The notes under the pieces were generated by a model. The model made no database searches and was not told the origin of the DNA. It worked only from the letters and a program-made list of their open reading frames with translations. Of a stretch of DNA of 64,000 nt, positions 55,767-64,000 are shown piece by piece. Origin of the DNA: Ktedonobacterales bacterium (lineage in GTDB: Bacteria > Chloroflexota > Ktedonobacteria > Ktedonobacterales > DATBGS01). The stretch lies in contig DATBHW010000047.1 of assembly GCA_036557285.1 (NCBI GenBank), forward strand, positions 37,001-101,000, given 5' to 3'. Both the position numbers and the translations under genes were made by a program. Position 1 is the first letter of the stretch. The number at the start of each line of letters is the position of its first letter.

Positions 55767-56090
55767 GTGAGCTATAAAGATGTGCCTCATGCTGCCGTCA
55801 ACGAACTCATGAAGTGGGTGCGAAAACAAGGAAAACAGGTCGCCAGCCTGCAAACCTGGCCCCATCTGACGGGTTGGTCCTCGCTCCCTGACTGGTTTGC
55901 GCACATCAACGTACACCGTACAGCGCCGCTCCATGTTCGCATCAAGCGCAACGGCTACAGGTTTACCATCATCCACGAACCCGATGACACCCTCTGCCCA
56001 ACCTGCTGCGCCAGCGCAGCCGTCACCGTTGTCTCCCAGGACGCCCCGACGCACGCCCCTGAGCGTGCGCTCGTCACCCAGCAAGGATAA
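55767..56090 (+). CDS. Hypothetical protein in a lower-GC islet
   Basis: 107-aa ORF, GTG start after an AAAGGA RBS. No recognisable family. The overlapping ORFs in other frames are less protein-like. Confidence 0.4.
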   Translation: MSYKDVPHAAVNELMKWVRKQGKQVASLQTWPHLTGWSSLPDWFAHINVHRTAPLHVRIKRNGYRFTIIHEPDDTLCPTCCASAAVTVVSQDAPTHAPERALVTQQG

Positions 56091-56244
56091 CAGCCTGCCT
56101 CTCTCAATGGCCGATTCGTCCGCTTCCACAAAATGCTCTCCTCACGCGCCGCAGCGGAATGCTGCGGCGCGTGGTATGCTGTATCCAGGGATGGCATTAT
56201 CGTGCGTAATACGCATTTGGCACGCAGAAACGGAGCAGCAGGCA

Positions 56245-56484
56245 ATGGCAACCGCAGTACATATCAAGACAACCGTTCTGCCAGGTGGCAAAATTGAAAT
56301 CAGCGCCCCAGAACTCCCCCCAGGGAAGCAAGCCAATGTCTTCGTGGTCATCGAAGATGAGGAACCCAAAGAGAAGCGGCACGTACTCGATATTCTCTCA
56401 ACAGTTCCTGGGCATCGTGTATTCCAAACGGCTGAAGAAGTGGATGCCTACATTCGGGAGGAACGTGACTCGTGGGAGCGCTAG
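56245..56484 (+). CDS. Type II antitoxin (AbrB/SpoVT-like N-terminus), VapB-like
   Basis: 79 aa (MATAVHIKTTVLPGGKIEISAPELPPG...). The 3' end overlaps the PIN toxin start by 13 nt. It lies inside a longer track ORF (55897..56484). Confidence 0.7.
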   Translation: MATAVHIKTTVLPGGKIEISAPELPPGKQANVFVVIEDEEPKEKRHVLDILSTVPGHRVFQTAEEVDAYIREERDSWER

Positions 56485-56918
56485 CCCTTCCTAAACAAGG
56501 CTTGGTCTACCTGGATGCAAACAGCATCATCTATGCAGTTGAACTTATAGAACCATACCAAACCATACTTCGGCCCCTTTGGGAGGGAGCACGTACAGGA
56601 GTTCTCAGTGTCGCTACAAGCGATCTCACACTTCTGGAGATTCTGGTCAAGCCTCTAAAAATTGGGAATAAAGGTCTTGAAGCAGACTGTCGCGCGCTGC
56701 TAGATTCCCCAGATGTGCGGCTTATATCTATCTCCCATGCGGTGCTGGAGCATGCGGCTAGTCTCAGAGCAACCACAAGCGTCAAAACGCCTGACGCAAT
56801 CCATGCAGCGACAGCCTTGATAGCTGGTTGTGAGTTATTTGTGACGAACGACAGTGCATTTAAGAAAATCCCCGGCTTGCCGGTGGCCTTGCTTAGTGAA
56901 ATAATCTTGTCTCCATAG
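56472..56918 (+). CDS. vapC: PIN-domain ribonuclease toxin (VapC-like)
   Basis: 148 aa. Acidic PIN residues in context VYLDANSIIYAVE, ...LLEILV..., TPDAIHAATA, and FVTNDSAFKKI. Confidence 0.85.
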   Translation: MGALALPKQGLVYLDANSIIYAVELIEPYQTILRPLWEGARTGVLSVATSDLTLLEILVKPLKIGNKGLEADCRALLDSPDVRLISISHAVLEHAASLRATTSVKTPDAIHAATALIAGCELFVTNDSAFKKIPGLPVALLSEIILSP

Positions 56919-57038
56919 GCCATATAACATATAGCTGAAATCCGCCTGATAGCGCCTGGTAATGGCTCCGTAACAAACGCCAGCCACAAAAGACATATAA
57001 AAAGATAGAGAGATCAGCAGAAAGGAACAGCGATCACC

Positions 57039-57527
57039 ATGTCAGAAACACTCTTGCAAAAGGCCACCTTTGGAGCCGGATGCTTCTGGGGCGTCGAAGC
57101 CGCGTACCGTCAGGTCAAAGGCGTCGTCTCTACCGAAGTCGGCTACGAAGGCGGCACATTCGATACACCCACCTATCGGGATGTCTGCACCGATCAAACC
57201 GGCCATGCTGAAGTCGTCGAAGTCACCTACGACCCCGCGCGGGTCTCCTATGAGGAGCTGCTTAACGTCTTTTGGGACAACCACAACCCCACCCAACTCA
57301 ACCGCCAGGGGCCAGACACTGGCACACAATACCGCTCGGTCATCTTCTTCCACACCCCGGAGCAGCAGGCAGCGGCCACCGCCTCCAAAGAGGCGCTGGC
57401 GCGATCTGAACGCTACAAAAAGCCCATCGTCACCGAGATCACCCCGGCAGGCGCCTTCTACAAAGCCGAAGACTATCACCAGCAGTACCTGGAAAAGCGC
57501 GGCCTCTCAAGCTGCCACCTCGGCTGA
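57039..57527 (+). CDS. msrA: Peptide-methionine (S)-S-oxide reductase
   Basis: 162 aa. Catalytic [10 protein letters not shown] motif, [12 protein letters not shown], and QYRSVIFF. Confidence 0.95.
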   Translation: MSETLLQKATFGAGCFWGVEAAYRQVKGVVSTEVGYEGGTFDTPTYRDVCTDQTGHAEVVEVTYDPARVSYEELLNVFWDNHNPTQLNRQGPDTGTQYRSVIFFHTPEQQAAATASKEALARSERYKKPIVTEITPAGAFYKAEDYHQQYLEKRGLSSCHLG

Positions 57528-57529
57528 TA

Positions 57530-57849
57530 CCACATCCCGCCGTCCCGGCGGCCAACTCGGCCAACTCGTAGCGCCGCCGTCCCGGCGGCCACTGCCGCGC
57601 CAGGGCGCGCGTGCGCCCTCCAGCGCGAACGTATCAGCAGGCCAACGGTGAGCCGCCAAGAGGGCGGCGCTACGGGTTGGCAGAAGCCAGGCGGGTTACT
57701 TGTAGCGCCGCCTTCCAGGCGGCCAACGCTGCGCCAGAGCGAGCGTGCGCCCTCCAGCGCGAACGTATCAGCAGGCCAACGCTGGCCGCCAAGATGGCGG
57801 CGCTACAAGTAACAGACCTCGCTTGCCAACACCTCAGATTTGGTGGAAC
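57530..57849. repeat. Family-A repeat cluster
   Basis: Starts 3 bp after the msrA stop and ends with the terminus ...CTCGCTTGCCAACACCTCAGATTTGGTGGAAC. Confidence 0.85.
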
Positions 57850-57868
57850 TGCCAGGCGGCATATCCAG

Positions 57869-57897
57869 TTGCAGAAATCCGCGCCAGGGTGTAGAAT
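57869..57897 (+). promoter_or_regulatory. Candidate promoter of the rpmH operon (TTGCAG-17 nt-TAGAAT)
   Basis: TTGCAG at 57869-57874 and TAGAAT at 57892-57897, about 115 nt upstream of rpmH. Confidence 0.45.
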
Positions 57898-58015
57898 TGG
57901 GTGAAAGCTTTATCGCAATCACCTGCCAGACGCAAGCGCACACCCGTTCGATCAATCCGCGCTCTGGCGGTTGGGTGTAATGCTGAGCGTATATGCAGTG
58001 TGAGGAAGAAATGAT

Positions 58016-58153
58016 ATGAAACGCACCTGGCAACCCAAACGTATACCTCGTAAAAGGGAACATGGTTTTCTCAAGCGCATGTCCACACGCGGAGGCCGCA
58101 AAGTGCTGCGCGCCCGGCGGCTCAAGGGCCGCTGGCGGCTGACCGTCGTGTAG
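58016..58153 (+). CDS. rpmH: 50S ribosomal protein L34
   Basis: My own translation: [45 protein letters not shown] (45 aa), an unmistakable L34. GAGGAAG RBS. Too short for the ORF track. Confidence 0.95.
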   Translation: MKRTWQPKRIPRKREHGFLKRMSTRGGRKVLRARRLKGRWRLTVV

Positions 58154-58203
58154 CAGCGCGGGCGCGCAGCCCAGGCGCGGGCGCCAAGGCGGGAGGCGCG
58201 CGA

Positions 58204-58650
58204 GTGATCTGCGAGACGAGAAGGAGAGGCATGCAGGCGGAAACGCAGGAGATGCTCCGACCCAGGATTCTACAGAATGCGCACAAACCGGCTCGCTTGA
58301 AAAAAGCGCGCCAGTTTCAGCATGTCCGCCAGCAGGGGCGCTCAGTGGGCAGCGCCTTGCTGACACTGGGTTGGGCGCCCAACGCCCTCGCCTTTTGCCG
58401 CTGCGGCTATACGGTGGGCAAGCGCGTCGGCGGGGCCGTCACCCGCAATCGCGTCAAGCGCCGCCTGCGTGAAATCATCCGCCTGGCAATCAAGGCAGGC
58501 CATGTTGCCCCCGGCTACGATCTCGTCTTGATTGCGCGGACCGGCGCCGCGCAGGCAACCTACGAACAACTTGCCACCGATGTCACTCATCTGCTGCAAC
58601 GCGCCCATCTCTGGCAGGCTGACTCGCCGGAAGGACTCGTTCTATCATGA
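58204..58650 (+). CDS. rnpA: Ribonuclease P protein component
   Basis: RNR motif [16 protein letters not shown] and synteny after rpmH. The true start may be an internal ATG at 58231 or 58252. Confidence 0.9.
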   Translation: MICETRRRGMQAETQEMLRPRILQNAHKPARLKKARQFQHVRQQGRSVGSALLTLGWAPNALAFCRCGYTVGKRVGGAVTRNRVKRRLREIIRLAIKAGHVAPGYDLVLIARTGAAQATYEQLATDVTHLLQRAHLWQADSPEGLVLS

Positions 58651-58859
58651 AATATGTCGCGCTCGGCCTCATTCGTTTCTATCAAAAGTTCATCTCGCCC
58701 ATGACACCGCCGAGTTGCCGGTTTGAGCCTACCTGCTCGCACTACGGCTACGAAGCCATCCAGAAACACGGCTTCTTTCGTGGTGGCTGGCTGACTATCA
58801 AACGCATCGGGCGCTGCCACCCATTTTATAACGGCAATTTGTATGATCCCGTACCCTGA
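58647..58859 (+). CDS. yidD: Membrane protein insertion efficiency factor YidD
   Basis: 70 aa. YQKFISP...[19 protein letters not shown]...[12 protein letters not shown] overlap with rnpA. Confidence 0.95.
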   Translation: MKYVALGLIRFYQKFISPMTPPSCRFEPTCSHYGYEAIQKHGFFRGGWLTIKRIGRCHPFYNGNLYDPVP

Positions 58860-59007
58860 GAAGGGTACGCCGATGGCGCAGCAAGGAGTTTGGGGTGAGC
58901 TATCAATCGCTCATAGTGTGGTATCATCAGCTAGCATTTATCCATCATCGTCCCGCTAGTGGCGCAGCGCCTCGGAAGCGCTCGGCCAGCGCAGGGGAGG
59001 GCTTCGC

Positions 59008-60321
59008 GTGGACTTGTTAACGATACTCAGAGATATTTTCTACTTACCTATCTTCAACGTTCTGATGTTCCTGTTCTGGCTGGTCCGCGACTTCGGGCTG
59101 TCCATCGTCTTGCTCACCATCATGGTCCGTATGGCCCTGGTGCCGCTGACCTTCAAGCAACTGCGCTCCCAGCGCAGGATGATGGAGCTTCAGCCGCAGT
59201 TGAACGCCCTGAAGGCCCAGTATGGCGACGACAAGCAGGGCTTTGCCAGGGCGCAAATGCAGTTCATGAAGGAAAATAACGTCAGCATGCTTGGCGGCTG
59301 CCTGCCCTTGCTCGTCCAGCTTCCTTTCCTGTATGGCCTGTTCTACGCCCTCAGCAGCGGCGTGAGATCAAACCCAGGGGAAACGATTGCGCAGCATGTC
59401 CAGCGCATGAATGGCGATCTCTATCCCTTCATGCACTTTGCCAGCGTCACCCTGCCGGGCGGCTTGCATCCGCTGAATACCCTGCTGGAGTGGTTTAGCT
59501 GGCTGCCGGGGCATCCGGTGCTTGATCTCAGCCTCGCCGACCCCACCCATATACTGCCGATTTTGGCCGCGCTCTTCACCTTCATTCAGGTGCGCATGAT
59601 CCAGGGCGTGCGCAAGCCGCCGCAGCTTGAACCAGGGGCCGACCCCAAGAAAGTCGCTCAGGCAAACGTCCAGCAGCAGACGATGAGCCTGATGACCTAC
59701 ATCACCCCGTTCTTCACACTCTTCATCGCCTGGCAGTATGCCGCTGGCCTCTCGCTCTACTGGGTCGTTGGCACGTTGTTTGCCGTGGGACAGCAGTACG
59801 TCATCTACGGCTGGGGCAGCCTCTTCAAGGGCATTCCCCGCCTGGATGAATGGGCAGCGAAAAAGAACGCCGAACGCGAGGCGCGCCGCGAGGCAAAGCT
59901 CATCGCCAAAGGCGTCATCTCCGCGCCCACCGTCGTTGAAAGCAGCCTGGTGTCGAAAAACGGCGCGGCAAAGAACGCCGGGGGCGGCGGACGCCGCAAG
60001 GACTGGATTGACCAGGCCAAAGGAGAGACAGAACAGGCGTCCAGGGGAAAAGAGCGCGCCCAAAGCGCGCGCCCATTCCCCTCGCTGATGAAACCGAAAG
60101 AAAGTCCCGCAACGGCCAACCCGCCAAAGGCCGCGCCCCCGGCCCCCAATGGGGCAGCCAATGGCAGCAAAACCGATACAAAAACCAGCGCGGGTGTCGG
60201 AACAGCGCCCAAGGGCGGCGGCCCGACCACTCCCCCCAGGGCGGGCGGAGCGCCGCACAACCAGCGGAGGGGCCAGTCGCGCAGTGGCAATATACCCAGG
60301 CCAAAGGGAGGCAAAAAATAG
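59008..60321 (+). CDS. yidC: Membrane protein insertase YidC/Oxa1 family with long basic C-terminal tail
   Basis: 437 aa. PLTFKQLRSQRRMMELQPQ, GCLPLLVQLPFLYGLFYAL motifs. The C-terminal ~130 aa are K/R/G/P-rich. Confidence 0.9.
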   Translation: MDLLTILRDIFYLPIFNVLMFLFWLVRDFGLSIVLLTIMVRMALVPLTFKQLRSQRRMMELQPQLNALKAQYGDDKQGFARAQMQFMKENNVSMLGGCLPLLVQLPFLYGLFYALSSGVRSNPGETIAQHVQRMNGDLYPFMHFASVTLPGGLHPLNTLLEWFSWLPGHPVLDLSLADPTHILPILAALFTFIQVRMIQGVRKPPQLEPGADPKKVAQANVQQQTMSLMTYITPFFTLFIAWQYAAGLSLYWVVGTLFAVGQQYVIYGWGSLFKGIPRLDEWAAKKNAEREARREAKLIAKGVISAPTVVESSLVSKNGAAKNAGGGGRRKDWIDQAKGETEQASRGKERAQSARPFPSLMKPKESPATANPPKAAPPAPNGAANGSKTDTKTSAGVGTAPKGGGPTTPPRAGGAPHNQRRGQSRSGNIPRPKGGKK

Positions 60322-61326
60322 GTGGACAGTGTCGAAGCCAGCGGCAAAACCATTGATGACGCCGTACTCCAGGCATTAGCGCGCCTGGGCAGACGCCGCG
60401 ATGAGGTCAATATCGAAGTCCTGCAAGAACCCAGCCGAGGCTCGTTCGGCCTGGGCATCCGTGATGCGCGCGTTCGGGTCACGCTCAAACAGCGACGGCC
60501 ATCATCCGGCGCGATCATCACCCCCGAAATGGCCGACGCGCTGCTTGGCTTCAGCGAACCCGCTCCTCCTCCGGCTGCGCCAGGACGCGCCCAGCAAACG
60601 CCAAAGCAGAGCCAGCCACGCCCGCCCATCGGCCCCCAGCCTGACGAAGAAGAAGAGGACGAGGAGGAAGAGTATCTGGAGGACGAGGAGGAAGAAGAGG
60701 AGTATCTGGAAGAAGGCGAAGAATATCTAGAGGACGAGGAGGAAGAAGAGGAAGAAGAGGAAGAAGTGTTCCCCGGCCTGCGCAGCCGCGCGGCTGTCGC
60801 TTCAGACCTCGAAACCTTCGAGGAAGAAGAAGAACTCCTCGAAGGCGAGACTGGCCCGGTCAGCCGCGAAGTCGTCTCCACCTCGGTAGAAGTGCTGCAA
60901 ACCATCCTGCATCACATGGGCATTCGCGGGCAGGTCGAAGTGCGCAGCCGCGACCCGCTCACCCTCAACGTGCGCATGGAAGACGGCCTCGGCCTGCTCA
61001 TCGGGCGGCGCGGCGAAACGCTCGCCTCGCTCCAGTTGCTCGTCAACCTTATCGTCAGCCACCAGATCAAACACCGCCAGCGCGTCATCGTAGACGTAGA
61101 AGACTACCGGCTGCGCCGCGAAGAAAACCTGCGCCAGCTTGCCTTCCGTATCGCCCAGCAGGTGCGCCAGTCGCGGCGGGCCATCCCCCTGGAAGCCATG
61201 CCCGCCAACGAGCGCCGCATCATCCACATGGCCCTTTCCGACAGCAACGACGTGATGACCCACAGCGAAGGCGAAGGCGACCAGCGCCGCGTCATCATCT
61301 CCCTGCGCCGCACCACCGGCAGATAA
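60322..61326 (+). CDS. jag: Jag/SpoIIIJ-associated KH + R3H RNA-binding protein with acidic insert
   Basis: N-terminal Jag_N (GKTIDDAVLQALARLG), KH (GLLIGRRGETLASLQ), R3H (ERRIIHMAL). GTG start adjacent to the yidC stop. E/D/Y-rich insert at about aa 105-150. Confidence 0.9.
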   Translation: MDSVEASGKTIDDAVLQALARLGRRRDEVNIEVLQEPSRGSFGLGIRDARVRVTLKQRRPSSGAIITPEMADALLGFSEPAPPPAAPGRAQQTPKQSQPRPPIGPQPDEEEEDEEEEYLEDEEEEEEYLEEGEEYLEDEEEEEEEEEEVFPGLRSRAAVASDLETFEEEEELLEGETGPVSREVVSTSVEVLQTILHHMGIRGQVEVRSRDPLTLNVRMEDGLGLLIGRRGETLASLQLLVNLIVSHQIKHRQRVIVDVEDYRLRREENLRQLAFRIAQQVRQSRRAIPLEAMPANERRIIHMALSDSNDVMTHSEGEGDQRRVIISLRRTTGR

Positions 61327-61350
61327 GCCGACCACATCACGCTACACAAA

Positions 61351-61383
61351 GCGGCGACCCGTTGGGGGTCGCCGCCTTCTCTT
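61351..61383 (+). terminator. Rho-independent-like terminator after jag
   Basis: GCGGCGACCC-GTTGG-GGGTCGCCGC (10-bp stem) followed by CTTCTCTT. Begins 25 nt after the jag stop. Confidence 0.6.
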
Positions 61384-61424
61384 GCCCCTTGATGCACGCA
61401 CCACACCCAAATCCTGCTGCGTGC

Positions 61425-61650
61425 TTGCGGCTACCACTTGTAGCGCCGCCTTCCAGGCGGCCAACGCTTCGCCAGCGCGAACGCTGCCCTCCAGGCCAAC
61501 GTACCAGCAGGCCAGCGTTGAGCCGCCGGGAGGGACACGCGAGCGACCAACGGGAGCGAGACTGCCGAGGCCCAGCTGAGGCAAGCGGCCCTTCCCGAAG
61601 GGGAGCGGCGCTACGGCTGGCCGCCGGGACGGCGGCGCTACAGGTTCGCG
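61425..61650. repeat. Family-A repeat cluster (with CGAGCGACCAACGGGAGCGAG insert variant)
   Basis: CCACTTGTAGCGCCGCCTTCCAGGCGGC ... GGGGAGCGGCGCTACGG ... GCCGCCGGGACGGCGGCGCTACAGG. Confidence 0.85.
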
Positions 61651-61734
61651 CCTGGGCCAGGCACGCATCTTGCTGCGAAGCACCCGCTACTCCTGCCATC
61701 CGACGTTGATGCGCCGGGACCGCTGGAACCATCT

Positions 61735-61850
61735 CTAAGAATGCCTCACACAACCGACGGTTGGTCCCACCCCTGCCGCCTGGAAGGACGGCGCTACAAC
61801 CCCGCCCCTGCTCGTGTGGAGGTTTTGTGAGGCGCTCTCAGCCGCCTCAA
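61735..61850. repeat. Family-B palindromic element (copy 3 of 3, inverted)
   Basis: CTCTAAGAATGCCTCACACAACCGACGGTTGGTCCCACCCCTGCCGCCTGGAAGGACGGCGCTACAACCCCGCCCCTGCTCGTGTGGAGGTTTTGTGAGGCGCTCTCAG. Confidence 0.85.
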
Positions 61851-61885
61851 CGACAAAAGAAGAAAGAAGAAAGAAGGGACACGCG

Positions 61886-62689
61886 ATGCGGTACCGACCA
61901 CTGCGTTCCACCAGGAAGGCGCAAACCTTCACGCGCCGATTGCGTCTTTCGGGCAGCGTCATCGTGCTGGTGATGCTAGCCCTGCTGACCGCCTCGTCCA
62001 GCGCCCAGGCAGGCGGCGCAGCCGCTTTTATCGGCAATGCGGCTGGCGTGAACGGCAACGTCAACGGCCAGGAGATTCTGGCCGCTTCTGTCACCCTGCC
62101 ACCCGACGGCGCTCCTCAACAAGCCTCACAGGCAACCTTCAGTGTCGAAAACCTGCTCAGCTCGGCTGCGCTCAAGGCAAGCACCGCTCTGGAAGGGGGT
62201 ACGGTGCGTGCTGACGCCTCCCTGGAGGACATCCAGGTCACGATTGCCGGGAATACGATCACCGCAGACGCGGGAAAGGCGGAGGCCACCGGAACCTGCG
62301 TGAATGGCAACGCCGACCTGAAAAACAGCTCCACCGTCACCAATCTGATCGTGAACGGGGTGTCAAATCCCTCCTCACCCGTCAACTTGCCCGGCTTTGG
62401 AACGCTGACGAAAGACTTTTCCTTCCAGGAAGGGACCGGAGCATCAGCCGGTATCCAGGCCAGCGCCTTACACATCGCTTCCACCGACAATACGCAGTTT
62501 CTCGATTTCGCCTTCACAAGCGTTCATGCCGACTGCGGCCTGGTCCCTGGCGCCCCTACCACCGGCGGCGGCCCCATCCCCCCAACCGGCGAAAGACCTC
62601 CCTGGATGCTCTGGGGGGCGCTGCTCACCACGCTCGCGCTGATTGGGCTGGTCTGCACGCTGGTCGAGCGCAAACGCTGGCTGCGCTAG
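61886..62689 (+). CDS. Secreted protein with C-terminal cell-wall sorting-signal-like tail (IPPTG + hydrophobic + basic)
   Basis: Signal peptide LRLSGSVIVLVMLALLTASSSAQA. The C-terminus is GGGPIPPTGERPPWMLWGALLTTLALIGLVCTLVERKRWLR. Directly upstream of a sortase gene. Start at an internal ATG; the track ORF starts at 61814. Confidence 0.75.
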   Translation: MRYRPLRSTRKAQTFTRRLRLSGSVIVLVMLALLTASSSAQAGGAAAFIGNAAGVNGNVNGQEILAASVTLPPDGAPQQASQATFSVENLLSSAALKASTALEGGTVRADASLEDIQVTIAGNTITADAGKAEATGTCVNGNADLKNSSTVTNLIVNGVSNPSSPVNLPGFGTLTKDFSFQEGTGASAGIQASALHIASTDNTQFLDFAFTSVHADCGLVPGAPTTGGGPIPPTGERPPWMLWGALLTTLALIGLVCTLVERKRWLR

Positions 62690-62710
62690 CCTGGCAGCCA
62701 GGAGAGACCT

Positions 62711-63412
62711 ATGCAAACGCGCATCCCACCACGAAGACCCCTACGGGTTCACTTGCTGAGCATCCTGGCTGGACTCTGGGCAGTGATCGCGCTGGCCGGT
62801 GTCCTGTTCATGGTCGAGCCGCTGGTATCACCCCCCACCAGCGCGCCGCCCGCGCAGGCGCGGCCTGCGGGCGCCACTCCTGCGGGCGCAGCGACCCTTC
62901 CCGAGCGTGGCGCGCAGCAGGGTACGGGATCGCCTCAGAAACCCGTACCCGTCTGGATCAACGCGCCCAAAGCCAATATCAACAGCAGCGTCGTTCCGGT
63001 GGGCATAGATGCTCAGGGCGCTATGGCAGCCCCGGAGGGAGCGAACAGCAGCCCGGTCTGGTTTCAGACCTTCTGGTGGCGCTATGGCGCGATGCCTGGG
63101 CAGATCGGCAATGCCGTCATTGCCGGGCATCTCGACCGCAAGGATGGCTCGCCTGCCATCTTCTGGAACCTGAGCAAGCTGGCTCCCGGTGATTCGGTGT
63201 TTGTTCGGACCGCGCTGGGCGTCACGCTCCATTTTGTGGTCACTGCCGTGACCACATTCGCAAACCCGACTGGCGGCGTCGCTGACCCGACGCTGCAACG
63301 CATCTTTGGCCCCGCACAGACCGCCAACCTGAATCTGATTACCTGCGCTGGCGACTGGACCGGCAGCGAGTACACCAAAAAGCTGGTGGTCTTCACCACC
63401 CTGGCCCCCTGA
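62711..63412 (+). CDS. Sortase (class F-like)
   Basis: N-terminal TM anchor, NAVIAGHLD (catalytic His context), LITCAG (TLxTC-type Cys), C-terminal Arg region. Confidence 0.85.
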   Translation: MQTRIPPRRPLRVHLLSILAGLWAVIALAGVLFMVEPLVSPPTSAPPAQARPAGATPAGAATLPERGAQQGTGSPQKPVPVWINAPKANINSSVVPVGIDAQGAMAAPEGANSSPVWFQTFWWRYGAMPGQIGNAVIAGHLDRKDGSPAIFWNLSKLAPGDSVFVRTALGVTLHFVVTAVTTFANPTGGVADPTLQRIFGPAQTANLNLITCAGDWTGSEYTKKLVVFTTLAP

Positions 63413-63437
63413 ACCTCGCGCGCAAGCGCGGCCTGTT

Positions 63438-63658
63438 CCTTGTAGCGCCGCCGTCCCTGGCGGCCACTTGTAGCGCCGCCTTCCAGGAGGCAGGAGGGGC
63501 TGAGGGGGCGTGTACCGCCGCCTTCCAGGCGGCCAACGCTTCGCCAGCACGAGCGCCTGCCCTTCAGCGCAACGTTCCGGCAGGCCAGCGTTGAGCCGCC
63601 TGGAAGGCGGCGCTACAAGTGTACCCCCCGATAGGTGGTGGAACGCTTTCACGTCGAA
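63438..63658. repeat. Family-A repeat cluster flanked by a 10-bp direct repeat
   Basis: GCGGCCTGTT at about 63428-63437 and again at about 63659-63668. The interior ends ...CCCCCCGATAGGTGGTGGAAC followed by the small hairpin GCTTTC-ACGTC-GAAAGC. Confidence 0.75.
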
Positions 63659-63698
63659 AGCGGCCTGTTTTCAGGCGAATGTGCTATACTCGTCCATT

Positions 63699-64000
63699 AT
63701 GACGAACGCACACATCGCCCACCAGCGACTCTTTCATCAACACCTTGCCCTGCCGAACTTCCAGAAGCCAGGCGATGTCGTCGCCTGGTTCGGCGCTGTC
63801 CAGGCCCAGGACTATCTGGGCGCGCTGTGGGCAGTCGGACTCCGCATGCCAGACGCCAGCGAAGCAGCGATAGAACAGGCCATCGCGGCTGGCGTCATCG
63901 TGCGCACGCATCCCATGCGCGGTACCTGGCATTTTGTCGCCGCCGCCGATATTCACTGGCTGCTTGCATTGATGGCCCCGCGCAATATCGCCAGGAATGC
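63699..64000 (+). CDS. Winged-helix DNA-binding domain protein (YcaQ/AlkZ-like, DUF1006); 3' end outside the window
   Basis: My own translation: MTNAHIAHQRLFHQHLALPNFQKPGDVVAWFGAVQAQDYLGALWAVGLRMPDASEAAIEQAIAAGVIVRTHPMRGTWHFVAAADIHWLL..., the typical N-terminus of this family. Open to the window end, so it is absent from the ORF track. Confidence 0.8.
   Translation, partial: MTNAHIAHQRLFHQHLALPNFQKPGDVVAWFGAVQAQDYLGALWAVGLRMPDASEAAIEQAIAAGVIVRTHPMRGTWHFVAAADIHWLLALMAPRNIARN

Noticed and set aside
57528-58015. Possible oriC next to rpmH
   Set aside because: Only one weak DnaA-box-like sequence is present (TTATCGCAA, 2 mismatches). There is no AT-rich unwinding element and no dnaA or dnaN nearby.
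57803-58366. 187-aa minus-strand ORF
   Set aside because: It overlaps rpmH (an unmistakable L34 on the + strand) and the rnpA start, and has no motifs.

Overview
High-GC (roughly 60-65% by eye) bacterial chromosomal segment. The gene content (split gcvPA/gcvPB, many WD40 proteins, ECF sigma/anti-sigma pairs, MurT/GatD, class F-like sortase) suggests a Chloroflexota/Ktedonobacteria-like genome; this is a low-confidence inference. I support about 50 protein genes. They include the glycine-cleavage operon gcvT-gcvH-gcvPA-gcvPB, a PAS/GAF histidine kinase, two tandem double-YbjQ proteins, a 4-gene sugar ABC transporter, two TM2-domain paralogs, a CDF transporter, murT-gatD, a VapBC pair, msrA, the cluster rpmH-rnpA-yidD-yidC-jag (rpmH is absent from the ORF track), and a sortase with a candidate substrate. 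No rRNA, tRNA or CRISPR array was seen. Four things stand out. (1) A very abundant intergenic repeat family, about 5 kb or 8% of the window by my manual delimitation. It is built from 69-bp hairpin modules, and several copies have GGTTCCACC-type inverted termini and 9-10 bp flanking direct repeats, so it behaves like a MITE. (2) A second ~110-bp palindromic element present in 3 copies. (3) A ~270-nt hairpin-rich intergenic segment with UUCG and GUAA tetraloops that looks like an unclassified structured RNA. (4) A repeated two-gene XRE plus winged-helix-like module (2 intact copies and 1 decayed) whose spacer carries a covarying 10-bp inverted repeat around a conserved antisense promoter-like motif. 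Many long track ORFs are antisense shadows or read-through of in-frame 69-bp repeats. Coordinates I indexed by hand may be off by 1-2 nt.
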